Shown: positions 8,784 to 18,865 of the stretch, piece by piece
How the letters are laid out: every line of letters begins with the position of its first letter
How positions within the stretch are numbered: position 1 is the stretch's first letter
DNA from: a virus
Taxonomy: Duplodnaviria; Caudoviricetes
Length of the DNA stretch: 61,390 nucleotides
Virus record (IMG/VR): IMGVR_UViG_3300027744_000020
Span: 1-61,390 of that record
Direction: 5' to 3' (one strand)
Made by a program: the position numbers and the translations under genes
Notes under the pieces: model-generated
What the model was told of the DNA's origin: nothing
Databases searched by the model: none
Seen by the model: only the letters and a program-made list of their open reading frames with translations

Positions 8784-11700
8784 TTAACGGAAGATTGCGG
8801 CATTTACAATGGGGGAATCGAGTAATGCGCCATTTGCTGAATTAACCACAAAGACTTGAACTGCTGTTGTTGCATATGTACCCCCGCTATTGCCGTTGAA
8901 AACCGCTTGTTGTGCGCCGGGATACCAAGCCGAACCGATAGTAGCGTAATTTGCATCAACCATTGCAGTTGAGAAGTTTATTGTGTAATTTCCTGTCCCG
9001 TTGTATGAAACTGAGCTTACATTCGAACTTGCCCGAATAGATGTATAGCCCTGACCAAAAAAGTTTACCCAAGCACGGGCTGGATATGAAGTTGACCCAG
9101 ATATTGACCCTGTTACTGTCAGATTACCGCCGTTGTCACAAACCATTACGTTAGTGCCACCACCATTGCGGAAAATTACGTTGCTAGTAAACTGAAGATA
9201 CCAATTATTAGAGTGGTACTGTATCTTCCCTGCGAACTCACCAGTCCAACCCGCACTATCAGCACGCCAATCGCCTACGGTACGCAAAGAGTAAATGCTG
9301 GTCGGGTCTAAATAATACCCAGTGTTGTCGTAATCATAAAAGATTGTGCCGCGAATATCACCGGGGTTTCTTAAACTTGCGCCGCCCCACGCCCCTCTAA
9401 AGCTTCCGTTCTCAAGAATAAGAAATCCATGAGAAGCAAGATTCCCCGCTATGCCGCCAGCGTTGGGGTGTGACCAAGCCATTCCGTACAGGTTGCCTGT
9501 GCTAGTTCCGTTAGCTGGAAGAATGTAAGACTCCCCCATCGAAAAAAGGGCTTGATAACGGTATGAGTCGTAAAGGCCCACCTGCCCAACCCCATAGTTT
9601 TGGGAAACCATGTTGTTGTTGTAATAGAGCTTATTTATATTTGAAGTGTCAGTAATGTTTAAATAATAACTGTTGTTATCATTCATGAACAGGTTGCCGT
9701 TTGGAACTTTTCTTAAATCCCAAGTAGACCAATTAGACCTTAAAAATCCATACTCATTTCCTGCGTTAGCGTACAACTGCATACACCACACATCTTGGGC
9801 GTTGTAAAAAGAAATACCAACATCAGTAGTACCCTCTAGCGCTCTCCACTTTGTGTTTCTTGGGACGTTGTTGCTACGCAACTGCACATTACCATCATTG
9901 ATTCTTATGTCACTGAACACAGAAACACTGCTGGGGTCTACGTAATACGAAGAGTTGTTGGCATCGTAAAAAATAGTTGCGTCTACACGACCGTCAAAAT
10001 AACCACCTTTTGTGACGTATATGCCATAATTAGCATTGGTTGATGATGTGCCAAAACCTGTGCAGTTATTACCGTAGTTGTAGTAGTTTGCCCAACGCCC
10101 ACCACCCTCATAGTAAATACCGCCGTTTGAACTACCGTCAAACATAAGGTGCGGCTGGCTTCCGCCGCCGTTGAAGTGGATTCCTCTCCAAGTATTTCTT
10201 ACCCCAATAATTGATATAGCACCGTAAGTACTTGTTGTGTTGGCGGTAAGTTCCGCCGCGTTTGTACTGGGCCAGTACAGGCCATTAGAAGTATTGAACT
10301 GAAGCCAGTTGTCCGCTTGGTAGTAGCCGCTAACGTTGCCGAACTTGCCAATGTATGTATTAGCGGCGTAGCCACCAAGATTGGTGGAGTTGGATGCAGT
10401 AGTAGCGCTGTCAGCTATCCGAGCGGAGTCAACACGAACGCCGTAGGTATTTGCACCGTTCCACCCCATTAATGTGGGGTATGTTGCCGTCCAAGCTATT
10501 TGCGAGTTGGTATTGTTTACCGCACCGCCGTCAGGTGACGTGCCAGCCGAAGCATCAAATATGGTGTGGCTGTTGTTGTAGTTTTTCCAAGCCAGTTGAC
10601 CAACAACTGCGGTAATTGTTCCGTTTGTAGCCCAGTTTGTGCGATTGGTTGATAGGTTTATTGCCGTAGTCGCAGTAGCCGAATTGCCTGTGACGTTAAT
10701 ACCCCAAGTGCCGGAAGCATTTGTGCCGTCAGTCCAAGCTACATCTTTAAATGTAGAAAACGCTGTAGCAGACCCAAAACTTTGTTGCCATACCCGCATT
10801 CCAAGAACGTCTTTGCGAAACGACACCATATTGTCGTTGCCGCCAGTCACATCACTGTAAGACCTCATCAAGAAAAAATCAGAATATGGAGCTAAGTTGT
10901 TGTTCGTCCACGAACCAAAGCCAAATGTTGCATACCCGGCTGAGCCATCAGCAGGAGCAGCGGTGCGATCATCAATTGATGCAATACGCGGTATCGTTAT
11001 GTTTGCAGAGCCATTAAAACTTGTTAAGTTAATTGTTCTGGCGGTCTGTAAGGTAGTAGCAGTAGCCGCGTTGCCAGTCGTGTTCTGGTTTAGTGTTGGG
11101 AACGTGCAGTTTGCAAGGTTTCCGGATTGGGGTGTACCCAGAATTGGGGTTGTCAATGACGGTGAAGTAGCCAACGCAACAACAGTGCCAGTGCCTGTTG
11201 TAGAGTAAGACGTAGCCCACGATGTGCCTGTGGAGTTGGGTATGCCTGCGCCGGGATACACCATAGTGCTTGGGGCTGAAGCAGACACCCAAGTTGTGCC
11301 GTTAGACTGAAGTACGTTACCGTTTGTGCCGGGGGCTACGACTTGAAATGCTGAAGTACCGTTACCCAGCAAGACGTTGTTGGCTGTGAATGTTGCCGCA
11401 CCTGTGCCACCGTTACCAACAGGCAGAGTACCTGTGACGTTTGCAGCAAGATCCACGAACTGAGTCGATGTTGAGCCTGTACCACCATTAGCTATTGGAA
11501 GAGTTCCGCTTACGTGCGTTGCCAAACCAATCTTGCCGTAGCTGGGAGCAGAGCCAACACCCCCTGAGATCAGCGCATTACCGACCGCGACATCTGCGAG
11601 TTTCGCCAGCGACGTTGTTGTATCCGCGTATACCAAATCTCCCACAGCGTAAGAGGACTGACCAGTACCACCATAAACAGCACCAATAGGTGTAGCGTTC

Positions 11701-12902
11701 CAAGTACCAGCAGTAACAGTGCCGACTCCAGTAACACCCGTGTAGCTGCCAGACAACCTTGAAGTACCCAGAGTACCTGATGTAATATTACTTGCATTGG
11801 TTGTATCCGTTGTTGCTGATGGAGCCAAACCTGAAACTGCGGCTGCGGCTATGGCAATACCTGTAGGAGTGACGCTGGTTACTTGACCTTGTGCGTTGGT
11901 TGTAAAGACAGGAACAGAAGCCGCCCCGCCGTATGTACCCGCAGTGCCTGTGTTGGCAATATTAAATGTGTAGCTTGGGGACTCACTCAGCCCTGTACCC
12001 GCCGTGTATGTAATTGGCGCAGAGAACTGCTGAAAAACAATCGCCGTTGTGCCAATCGTTATAGGCGGCGCGGTCTGTTGCACCCAAGCGGTATTGACGT
12101 TAGCAGTGCCGCTGGTAACCAAGAAGAAGTCGCCCTCGTCAATCTGATCAACCCCAGTGCCAACAGTATCAAAATCTGTAGCGCGGGTCAGTATGTATGG
12201 TGTTCCAGCAGAGCCAACCTGAGTAACCGTATAAACACCGTTGTTTGCACCTGCCGCTTCGTTTTTTACAAGTATGCGTTCTGTAACGACAGTAAGCGTT
12301 GAGTCCACAGACAAAGCGCCGTTAGCGTTTCCTGTAAGCGTTGCCCCCACCCCGGATGTGCCGTTGTTGTATGTGTTTGCTGGTAGAGTTGTTGTAGTTG
12401 CTAAAGCTACAGCTTCATGAAAGTGAATACCCGATGCAATCGCATCCGCATACGCCTTGTTGACAATGTCGGTGTTGTTGACTGGCGTTGTAGCAACTGT
12501 CCCAGATGTAATGTTTGCAGTTGAAATGTTTGCAGTGCTAACACCCAGTGTGCCGATGTCTAAAAGAGTTACAGCAGAGCCTGCTGTATCCAAATACACT
12601 GCTCTTTCCGCTGGGTACGTACAAAATACATTCTTTGAACCAGCAGCAAAGTTAACCAAGCTATTGGAATTGCTGGACTCTAAAACAGTGGTGCGGCTTA
12701 AAGTTGTGCCTGAAGCGGTGTATGTGCCAATACCTACTTCGTAGTCGCCTGTTGTTGGGTCTGCAATCGCGTAATAGGTCTGATTGGCGTTACCAATAAC
12801 TGCAAAAGTCTGAAAGCCTAAAACAGCACCGCCAAGCGTCAGTGTCCCCGTACCCGTTGTAGTGGTAGTTTCCTGAACCCGATCTTTAACTACAAGTGCC
12901 AT
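8784..12902 (-). CDS. Long tail fibre / receptor-binding protein
   Basis: 1372 aa. MALVVKDRVQETTTTTGTG N-terminus, GGTG repeats, IFYD.NN..YY.DP repeats, ARAWVNF tip domain. Confidence 0.9.
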   Translation of the reverse strand: MALVVKDRVQETTTTTGTGTLTLGGAVLGFQTFAVIGNANQTYYAIADPTTGDYEVGIGTYTASGTTLSRTTVLESSNSNSLVNFAAGSKNVFCTYPAERAVYLDTAGSAVTLLDIGTLGVSTANISTANITSGTVATTPVNNTDIVNKAYADAIASGIHFHEAVALATTTTLPANTYNNGTSGVGATLTGNANGALSVDSTLTVVTERILVKNEAAGANNGVYTVTQVGSAGTPYILTRATDFDTVGTGVDQIDEGDFFLVTSGTANVNTAWVQQTAPPITIGTTAIVFQQFSAPITYTAGTGLSESPSYTFNIANTGTAGTYGGAASVPVFTTNAQGQVTSVTPTGIAIAAAAVSGLAPSATTDTTNASNITSGTLGTSRLSGSYTGVTGVGTVTAGTWNATPIGAVYGGTGQSSYAVGDLVYADTTTSLAKLADVAVGNALISGGVGSAPSYGKIGLATHVSGTLPIANGGTGSTSTQFVDLAANVTGTLPVGNGGTGAATFTANNVLLGNGTSAFQVVAPGTNGNVLQSNGTTWVSASAPSTMVYPGAGIPNSTGTSWATSYSTTGTGTVVALATSPSLTTPILGTPQSGNLANCTFPTLNQNTTGNAATATTLQTARTINLTSFNGSANITIPRIASIDDRTAAPADGSAGYATFGFGSWTNNNLAPYSDFFLMRSYSDVTGGNDNMVSFRKDVLGMRVWQQSFGSATAFSTFKDVAWTDGTNASGTWGINVTGNSATATTAINLSTNRTNWATNGTITAVVGQLAWKNYNNSHTIFDASAGTSPDGGAVNNTNSQIAWTATYPTLMGWNGANTYGVRVDSARIADSATTASNSTNLGGYAANTYIGKFGNVSGYYQADNWLQFNTSNGLYWPSTNAAELTANTTSTYGAISIIGVRNTWRGIHFNGGGSQPHLMFDGSSNGGIYYEGGGRWANYYNYGNNCTGFGTSSTNANYGIYVTKGGYFDGRVDATIFYDANNSSYYVDPSSVSVFSDIRINDGNVQLRSNNVPRNTKWRALEGTTDVGISFYNAQDVWCMQLYANAGNEYGFLRSNWSTWDLRKVPNGNLFMNDNNSYYLNITDTSNINKLYYNNNMVSQNYGVGQVGLYDSYRYQALFSMGESYILPANGTSTGNLYGMAWSHPNAGGIAGNLASHGFLILENGSFRGAWGGASLRNPGDIRGTIFYDYDNTGYYLDPTSIYSLRTVGDWRADSAGWTGEFAGKIQYHSNNWYLQFTSNVIFRNGGGTNVMVCDNGGNLTVTGSISGSTSYPARAWVNFFGQGYTSIRASSNVSSVSYNGTGNYTINFSTAMVDANYATIGSAWYPGAQQAVFNGNSGGTYATTAVQVFVVNSANGALLDSPIVNAAIFR

Positions 12903-12906
12903 TTGC

Positions 12907-13827
12907 TCAACCCTGCGTTTTTACTACTTGCCACGTATCTGTCTGACCGTCGTAGATCACTGTCCATCCGGCGTTTTGAGCATCGTTAATTGTCTGCCAA
13001 CTAACTGTTTGCGCTGTTCCAACCGTGGCCCAAGTCGTTGTCTGCGAGGCGTTGATGTTGCCCCAGTTTGCCGTTTGAGCATCGTTGATGATCTCCCAAA
13101 GCAGCCGCGCAATGATCTGGTCGGCAGCTACCGCGCCTTCCGTAATGGTAGCAAAAAAGACCGCACTTGCCAAGACGGAATCAAGGGCTTGGGCAGTTTC
13201 ATCGATTGCTGCATTAAAGGTGGACGGAGCCACCAGAACACTGTCAGAGCCGGTAACAGTTTCTTCAACAGACACCGAAAATTCCGCTTGTGCGCTAACT
13301 GCATCTGAAGCCGTGACGCTCTCATCTACGTTGGCAGGGAAAGTTGTTGTGGCGCTGGAGGAGTCCAAGGCCGTGGCAGTTTCAAGCACTGCCGCCAAAA
13401 AGTCAGCAAAAGCTGCGGCTGAGTCGGATGCGGTAGCAGATTCTGAGATTGAACTGACAAAGTCAGCCAGTGAAGAGGCGCTATCTACCCCTGTCGCAGA
13501 CTCACTTATTGAGCTACTGAAATCAACCAGACTGCTGGCGGAATCTTGTGCTGCGGCAAACTCCTCTACCGAAGAGATAAAGTCAACCAAGGCGCTTGGA
13601 GCGTCCCCAATAACAACAGTTTCTGCAATGTCAGCAATAAAGTTAGAAGCCGCAACAGCTACGCTGTCTGATACCGCTGAAGCCTCTGTAACCGCCGCCA
13701 AGAATATTGCAAGGGCAGCTACTGCATCCGAAGCTGTTGCAGACTCTACAACCGCGCTATCAATAACCTGCCCACCCGCACCTCGTGCAGCAAATGGGAC
13801 TGTGGCAAATGGTGCATCAGCAAACAC
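12907..13827 (-). CDS. Repetitive structural (fibre/collar-like) protein
   Basis: About 11 repeats of ~20 aa (E.a.a.D.......F) and six C-terminal Trp repeats at 11-aa spacing. Confidence 0.75.
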   Translation of the reverse strand: MFADAPFATVPFAARGAGGQVIDSAVVESATASDAVAALAIFLAAVTEASAVSDSVAVAASNFIADIAETVVIGDAPSALVDFISSVEEFAAAQDSASSLVDFSSSISESATGVDSASSLADFVSSISESATASDSAAAFADFLAAVLETATALDSSSATTTFPANVDESVTASDAVSAQAEFSVSVEETVTGSDSVLVAPSTFNAAIDETAQALDSVLASAVFFATITEGAVAADQIIARLLWEIINDAQTANWGNINASQTTTWATVGTAQTVSWQTINDAQNAGWTVIYDGQTDTWQVVKTQG

Positions 13828-13830
13828 ACG

Positions 13831-14406
13831 TTACGCAGCGTCAAGGCTGAATGTGTATGTTACGTTTAAAGTGTCGCCAGACACAACGGTGCGATCGCCG
13901 GGAGATGTGAAGTCTGACTCAGAGAACAAAACACCTGCCGTGCCACTGGACACGGTACACAAGAATGCGCCAGCTACTACACCACCAGCACCCGAAATGG
14001 AGAACGAAGATGGTGCTGCTGAGTTACTGATGACCGATGGGTCTGCGGTTGTTGCTGTGCCAAAAGTCACTGCCTTGCGTGAACCAGAGTAGTTTGTGAA
14101 CTCAGTCCATGCTTTAGAAGCCAAAGTGTCAGCGGCGGCAAAGGTTGTACCTGAACCGGGGCCAGTAACCAAGCCAAGGAAAAACGCAGCAGTGTATGTT
14201 GAACCCTTAAAGTAGTTGGTGTTCATGTCCTGTAAGCCTTGGTTTACAACCAAGTTGTGTTCGGAGGTACTCCACTTTAAGTTGCCGTCTTTATCGAAGC
14301 ACTCAACATGAAACACGCCGCCTGCACGCGCTCCAAAGTCGGCTCCAGTACGAGCAACTAAACCCGCGCTTACATTGTCTGATGAGGTTGCTTTTTCGTT
14401 AAACAT
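13831..14406 (-). CDS. Virion structural protein
   Basis: G.FHVEC.DKDG.LKW....HNLVVN.G...DTLNVTYTF beta-rich family in the tail module. Confidence 0.75.
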   Translation of the reverse strand: MFNEKATSSDNVSAGLVARTGADFGARAGGVFHVECFDKDGNLKWSTSEHNLVVNQGLQDMNTNYFKGSTYTAAFFLGLVTGPGSGTTFAAADTLASKAWTEFTNYSGSRKAVTFGTATTADPSVISNSAAPSSFSISGAGGVVAGAFLCTVSSGTAGVLFSESDFTSPGDRTVVSGDTLNVTYTFSLDAA

Positions 14407-14415
14407 GGTAGTTCC

Positions 14416-14838
14416 TTATACGAGTCGAATGAGTGCAGATGTGCTGGTGTTAGCAGGCATCGCCACGGTGAAAGTGTTGTTGGATGTTTTGTCGTTGCCA
14501 AAGTCCAAGACGCAAATAGCGCCGTTTGCTCCAGCTTTATAAATCAAAGCGCCACGGGCAGTGATTGCCCCAGTCCACGATGGAGACGTAAAGGACACAT
14601 ATACGACACTGCCAGAAGCCGTGACTTCAGAAGAAACTGTGGCGGTAACAATCTCTCCACCAGCAACATAGTTTCCACCCGTTGCCTCACCTACAGAGGT
14701 GTAGGCTGTTGTTGTCTCGTCAAGCGTAGCTGCGTTTGTGTACAAGGCCAACCTGAATGTGTCGGTCGTCAAGTTGATTGACGCATTAGCCAAGCCACTA
14801 CGCAGAGTGTTGCAAGAGAAGTTGCCGGTGAATGCCAT
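14416..14838 (-). CDS. Virion structural protein
   Basis: DTF.LALYT..ATL...TTAY...ITARGALIY...VLDFG.DKT motif, TGATG coupling to the upstream gene. Confidence 0.75.
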   Translation of the reverse strand: MAFTGNFSCNTLRSGLANASINLTTDTFRLALYTNAATLDETTTAYTSVGEATGGNYVAGGEIVTATVSSEVTASGSVVYVSFTSPSWTGAITARGALIYKAGANGAICVLDFGNDKTSNNTFTVAMPANTSTSALIRLV

Positions 14839-15566
14839 CAACGCACCCCGTTATTCTGCGGCAAAGGCGCTTGACGATACTGACCACTGCGATATGCGTC
14901 GCCTCTTTCGAGTCCGTCACCAAGACGTTGAGCCAGTGCAAGAGCTTCTTTGTACTTCATGTCATAACCAGCAATGACGTCAGTCTCACCCTTCATAAAG
15001 GTGTAGGCTTCTACCAAAGAACCATAAAGCAACACAGTGTCAAAGTTATCCCCAAGCCATGTCTGTCCAGAAGCAACAGTAGTAATGGATTCGGGGTAAT
15101 AGTAGTAGTGGAGTTCTACGTTGTATACAGCATCTGGGGTTGGGCCAAGAATAAAACTCAACTCATTCGTAACAACGGGTGTCGGATCGTTGGTAGTTGT
15201 TGGCCCAAACAAAGCGTAGTATTTTGGGGTCGCGGTATCAGTCGCCTTGGGGTAAGCCTGACGGATAAAGTTCACATCTTTATTCAGCAAGAACTCTTGC
15301 CCATCCGCAGTTTCAACAGCCAAAGAAAATGAAGACAAGAAGTCACTAGGGCAAGACAGATATTTATTACCCGTGCTTGTCACGCCTGTTACGTTCTTGC
15401 GAAGCGATGGGAACTGCACTGAGTTGTATATACGTTGTTCAGCCTGCGTAATGAAGGTATTGATCTGCGTAGTCGCAGATACGGTACTCCCACTCGCAAG
15501 GTATACATCGGGGAACTGATTCTCCGTATACGACTGAATCGTGTTATACAACGTCGTGTAATTCAT
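14838..15566 (-). CDS. Head-tail adaptor-like protein
   Basis: MNY..L...IQ.Y.EN...FI.QAEQRI...PTPD..Y.VELHY...LLYGSLVEA pattern. Confidence 0.7.
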   Translation of the reverse strand: MNYTTLYNTIQSYTENQFPDVYLASGSTVSATTQINTFITQAEQRIYNSVQFPSLRKNVTGVTSTGNKYLSCPSDFLSSFSLAVETADGQEFLLNKDVNFIRQAYPKATDTATPKYYALFGPTTTNDPTPVVTNELSFILGPTPDAVYNVELHYYYYPESITTVASGQTWLGDNFDTVLLYGSLVEAYTFMKGETDVIAGYDMKYKEALALAQRLGDGLERGDAYRSGQYRQAPLPQNNGVR

Positions 15567-15829
15567 GCCATCGGGCCTCGTGCCATCAGACCTTTAGTAG
15601 CTGCGCCAGTACCACGGATTTTGATGCCGTCGGTTTTGATAGGCTGATTACCAGCAGCTTTGCTGATGTTGCCAACGCTCATGTTGACTGTTTTAGCTTC
15701 GCTGTGGTTGGGTTCTTTACCGGGCGAAGAAGAAATTTTCATAGCCTTACCGTCCATAGTGTGTGGCTCTGCGTAGACGCTGGCATTACCAACTTCTTTG
15801 CCGCCTTGTTTCATGCTGAATTTAGCCAT
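15563..15829 (-). CDS. Small basic late protein
   Basis: MKQGG motif, C-terminal RGTGAATKG. Confidence 0.7.
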   Translation of the reverse strand: MAKFSMKQGGKEVGNASVYAEPHTMDGKAMKISSSPGKEPNHSEAKTVNMSVGNISKAAGNQPIKTDGIKIRGTGAATKGLMARGPMA

Positions 15830-15831
15830 GA

Positions 15832-16044
15832 TTAAGCCTTCATGCCGGTTTTTTGGTTATTGACCTTAGCCATACCACGTCCCATTTTCATCATGTCGTC
15901 ATTGGTTTTTCCACCTTTGTGCATTTTGGAAACGCCGCCTTTGGCTAGCTTTGTCATAGGCTTGCCGGGGTGCAGCTTTTTCTCATGCTTATGCACTGCG
16001 CCAGCAATCATCTTTTTGTCTTGTTTCAAGTCTTTTTTGTCCAT
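15832..16044 (-). CDS. Small Lys/Met-rich late protein
   Basis: AAGGAG SD, LAKGG and MHKGG motifs. Confidence 0.7.
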   Translation of the reverse strand: MDKKDLKQDKKMIAGAVHKHEKKLHPGKPMTKLAKGGVSKMHKGGKTNDDMMKMGRGMAKVNNQKTGMKA

Positions 16045-16054
16045 GATTAACTCC

Positions 16055-16480
16055 TTAAGTCGTTGTTACCGTAACTGTACCAAGTTCTACAGCTAAAACC
16101 AAGTTATTTGGTGTTAGCCCCGTGTCAAAACCAGAAGCTCCACCAACAGGATACCAACCCCACTGGAAGATTCGGCTACCCCCTTCTACCGTACCCGCTC
16201 CATCAGTCCCGGTTCCGGTTGGGTCAAGCTGCAATCCGTTTGTGCCTGAAAGCACATAACTGCGATCAGGGCGAGGATTCCTCAAAGCCTGCGGGTCATC
16301 CACAGGATACATCCCCAACTGCAACTGAGGGTGATCTGGATCCCAACACTCAGGACAAACCAACAAGTTATATTGCTTTGTCTTTTTAATCTCGGTCTTC
16401 AGAACCTTCAGTTTAAATCGTTGCCCGCACCGATCACATTCCGAAATTGCGTTCTTGCCAGAGGCAAAACGATTACTCAC
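16055..16480 (-). CDS. Zinc-ribbon late protein
   Basis: CDRCG...CPECWD.DHPQL. Confidence 0.75.
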   Translation of the reverse strand: MSNRFASGKNAISECDRCGQRFKLKVLKTEIKKTKQYNLLVCPECWDPDHPQLQLGMYPVDDPQALRNPRPDRSYVLSGTNGLQLDPTGTGTDGAGTVEGGSRIFQWGWYPVGGASGFDTGLTPNNLVLAVELGTVTVTTT

Positions 16481-16482
16481 AT

Positions 16483-17409
16483 CTACCTCCCAATGTAAGT
16501 TTGACGGGGTACAAGCCTCAAAGCTGCCTTTTCATGATCTTCGTATGCTGCCAGTTCCCATGCCTCGTCATACTGCGTCTTGAGGAACGGAATGCGTTCC
16601 GCGCCATTTGGAATCTTTCCAGCGATGTAGTACGACAGGCCAGCCGCCATGCAGGGTAAAAACCTAAAAGGCACGTCCATGATGTTGACACCGCCGCCTG
16701 CGTCTTGGGTACGTCGCAGCCGCCAATACACAAATTGGTATTGCTGTGCATTGTCTGGGGTAGGCCAAACGGTGATCGCGGGGACTTGTTGCCAATAGAC
16801 AGCGGTCGTACTTGTGTGACTTGCGGCAGTTGTATCCTGCTGACCACGGAAACAGTTGTATAAGACGTTCCCGTCTATGTAGCCATAATTAATGATCTCA
16901 TTGTCAATCTTTACAAACCCGGCAGCAGGTAAGCCAACCGCAGTGTTCAGTGTAATCTGAGTAGAAGTGGCTGTAATTGCGCCATTTAGGGTTATCCCTG
17001 TCGGCGAAGTTTGTCCGTTGTACCGTTGAATCCAAACCTGAATAGGTCTGGCTTGGGTAATCTTGTTGGGGATCGTAGCGTAGGTAGAAACGCTAATTCT
17101 CGTGATACTCAAGTCAGCCTGAGTTGCAGCTACGTTCGCACCTGTACGGATCACGTGCTCAAGTAAATCAATGGTGTCGTCGGGCAGGGCATAGGTGTTC
17201 TGGCCTTGCACAAAGTCAATCGTGCCGGTCTCAATAGTCCACAGGTTGATGCCACGGTTTGCCCAGTCAGCAAACATAATATTCAAACTGCGTCTGGCTG
17301 TACGTAAGTCATACCCCGTGCGCATTTCACCACCGGCGCGTTCAAACGCCTCCTCTACCAACTCGGTGAGGTCTAGGTTGAAACCTGTTGCGCCAGAAGT
17401 TGTTGCCAT
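16483..17409 (-). CDS. Head-tail adaptor/connector-like protein
   Basis: EEAFER.G...GYDL.TARRSLN...WANRG.NLW...WP.PD...P.RF.P....GL.YY pattern. Confidence 0.7.
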   Translation of the reverse strand: MATTSGATGFNLDLTELVEEAFERAGGEMRTGYDLRTARRSLNIMFADWANRGINLWTIETGTIDFVQGQNTYALPDDTIDLLEHVIRTGANVAATQADLSITRISVSTYATIPNKITQARPIQVWIQRYNGQTSPTGITLNGAITATSTQITLNTAVGLPAAGFVKIDNEIINYGYIDGNVLYNCFRGQQDTTAASHTSTTAVYWQQVPAITVWPTPDNAQQYQFVYWRLRRTQDAGGGVNIMDVPFRFLPCMAAGLSYYIAGKIPNGAERIPFLKTQYDEAWELAAYEDHEKAALRLVPRQTYIGR

Positions 17410-17612
17410 TAAATTTTCTCCGCCGTCTCATACGCCATCAAAAGACCTTGCAGGCGTTGAATTTCTTTATCGCGCTCCTCCAACTTACGCATAAGGCTGT
17501 CGTTCATATCCGCCCACATGGCAATCTGTTCCATACGTTCTTTGTGATCTCTGTGCATCAGTTCAAACATGCGTTCAGAAGCGTCTAGCTGTTTTTGAAT
17601 AAAAGAAATCAT
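17409..17612 (-). CDS. Small coiled-coil protein
   Basis: 67 aa, TAATG overlaps on both sides. Confidence 0.65.
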   Translation of the reverse strand: MISFIQKQLDASERMFELMHRDHKERMEQIAMWADMNDSLMRKLEERDKEIQRLQGLLMAYETAEKI

Positions 17613-17845
17613 TATCTAAATCCTGCCGTTTTCTTTGCCACTTTGGGTGGTTGTTTTACGAATTGCTTTCCGGCTTTTTTCCCCGCACGTTTTGCACGCG
17701 TTGTTGCAGCGTACTCAGCAGGGCTGAGGCTTTTAATTGCAGCTTCAGGAAGGTATCTTTCGCCTGTGTCAGAAGATTTTTTACCACTTTTGGTTCTCCA
17801 TTTTTGATCGCCCCAGTTTTTAAGGGACTGTTGTGGCGCTTTCAT
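17612..17845 (-). CDS. Small basic late protein (DUF5872-like)
   Basis: QSLK.W..QKWRTKSGK...ERYLP..A..SLS..EY..T..AKR...GKQFV. Confidence 0.7.
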   Translation of the reverse strand: MKAPQQSLKNWGDQKWRTKSGKKSSDTGERYLPEAAIKSLSPAEYAATTRAKRAGKKAGKQFVKQPPKVAKKTAGFR

Positions 17846-17846
17846 G

Positions 17847-18137
17847 TTAGTCCCTATACCCGCCGCCTGCGGCTTTGTACCGTTTAGCCATTACCTGCGC
17901 TTTCCTTGCTGACCACTGACCAGCACCCGTACCTACGATTGCCGCAGCTTTGACGCTGTTGAAAATCCGTTTACGTAACTCAGGCTTGGTGTAATTACCC
18001 GCCTCGTTTACTTTGGATTTTGTTTTGCCGCCTTCAGCATACATGTCCACATCTTGCGGCTTATCCTTGCGGTGGATGACCTTTTTCTTCGGCATCTTTG
18101 CCGGATTCATTGCACCCATACCGCGAGAAGACATCAT
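17847..18137 (-). CDS. Small basic late protein (DUF5872-like)
   Basis: YAEGG followed by NYTKP.LR...GQWSARKAQ...YKAAGGGY. Confidence 0.7.
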   Translation of the reverse strand: MMSSRGMGAMNPAKMPKKKVIHRKDKPQDVDMYAEGGKTKSKVNEAGNYTKPELRKRIFNSVKAAAIVGTGAGQWSARKAQVMAKRYKAAGGGYRD

Positions 18138-18607
18138 ACAAACCGTCCTTTGGTTTTGCCTTTAGTTGCACATCCATCAGCGCGACGTGAAGCAGTCATG
18201 CCACCTTTTTTCATACCTTTGCCAGCAGCGCCAGTGGGGTTTGAAGGGTCTAGGGAAACATCTCCGCTCATATCTTCGTAGTCCTCGGACTTAGCTGCGG
18301 CTTTTTTGGGTTTGTCTTCACTGGTCAAAGCTTTGGCCGCTGCACCTGCACCCGCTGCACCTGCGGCTCTCACAGCCATTCTATTCATAGCGCGATCTTC
18401 GGCCAGTTCAACTGAACGCCTTGCTGCGCCCTTTGCCTTTGTGGGGGGAGCGGTCAGCTTCCTAAAATCATCCACCACGTTAGCATTCCCCCTAAGAGAA
18501 GGTAGATTGCTGTACTTAGTACCTCTGACGCTTGCGCCGCCAGCACCGCCACCGCCACCTTCAAGGGGGGTTAAATCATCTCCGCGCCTTGGTCTGTTTG
18601 TAGCCAT
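18134..18607 (-). CDS. Low-complexity basic protein with C-terminal ADG..KGKTKG motif
   Basis: Ends MKKGGMTASRRADGCATKGKTKGRFV. Confidence 0.75.
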   Translation of the reverse strand: MATNRPRRGDDLTPLEGGGGGAGGASVRGTKYSNLPSLRGNANVVDDFRKLTAPPTKAKGAARRSVELAEDRAMNRMAVRAAGAAGAGAAAKALTSEDKPKKAAAKSEDYEDMSGDVSLDPSNPTGAAGKGMKKGGMTASRRADGCATKGKTKGRFV

Positions 18608-18608
18608 G

Positions 18609-18863
18609 TCAGCACATCCCGCCGCTTTTCATTCCAACCATAGTGCCTTTGGTTTTGCCCTTAACACAACAGCCGTCAGCACGGCTAGAGGCTGAACCGC
18701 CCTTAGCCATTTTTTTCTCGGGTTTTACAGGTTTACCATCAACACGAATGCGGCTACCGGGTTGCTCCGGCACATTAGGTTCATTCTTGCCAAACTTACG
18801 CCCAGCAGATGCGCCATCAATGTCTTGGGGGGCTTGTTTGTTCTTTTCCAGATCGTCGTTCAT
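18609..18863 (-). CDS. Low-complexity basic protein with C-terminal ADG..KGKTKG motif
   Basis: ATG 18863. Ends MAKGGSASSRADGCCVKGKTKGTMVGMKSGGMC. Confidence 0.75.
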   Translation of the reverse strand: MNDDLEKNKQAPQDIDGASAGRKFGKNEPNVPEQPGSRIRVDGKPVKPEKKMAKGGSASSRADGCCVKGKTKGTMVGMKSGGMC

Positions 18864-18865
18864 GA

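Noticed and set aside
6433-9085. Diversity-generating retroelement (TR/VR pair in the fibre tips)
   Set aside because: Differences between the two copies involve all four bases rather than only adenines, both copies are coding, and no reverse transcriptase is present
13085-14092. 335-aa plus-strand ORF
   Set aside because: Antisense shadow of two well-supported structural genes with repetitive codon use
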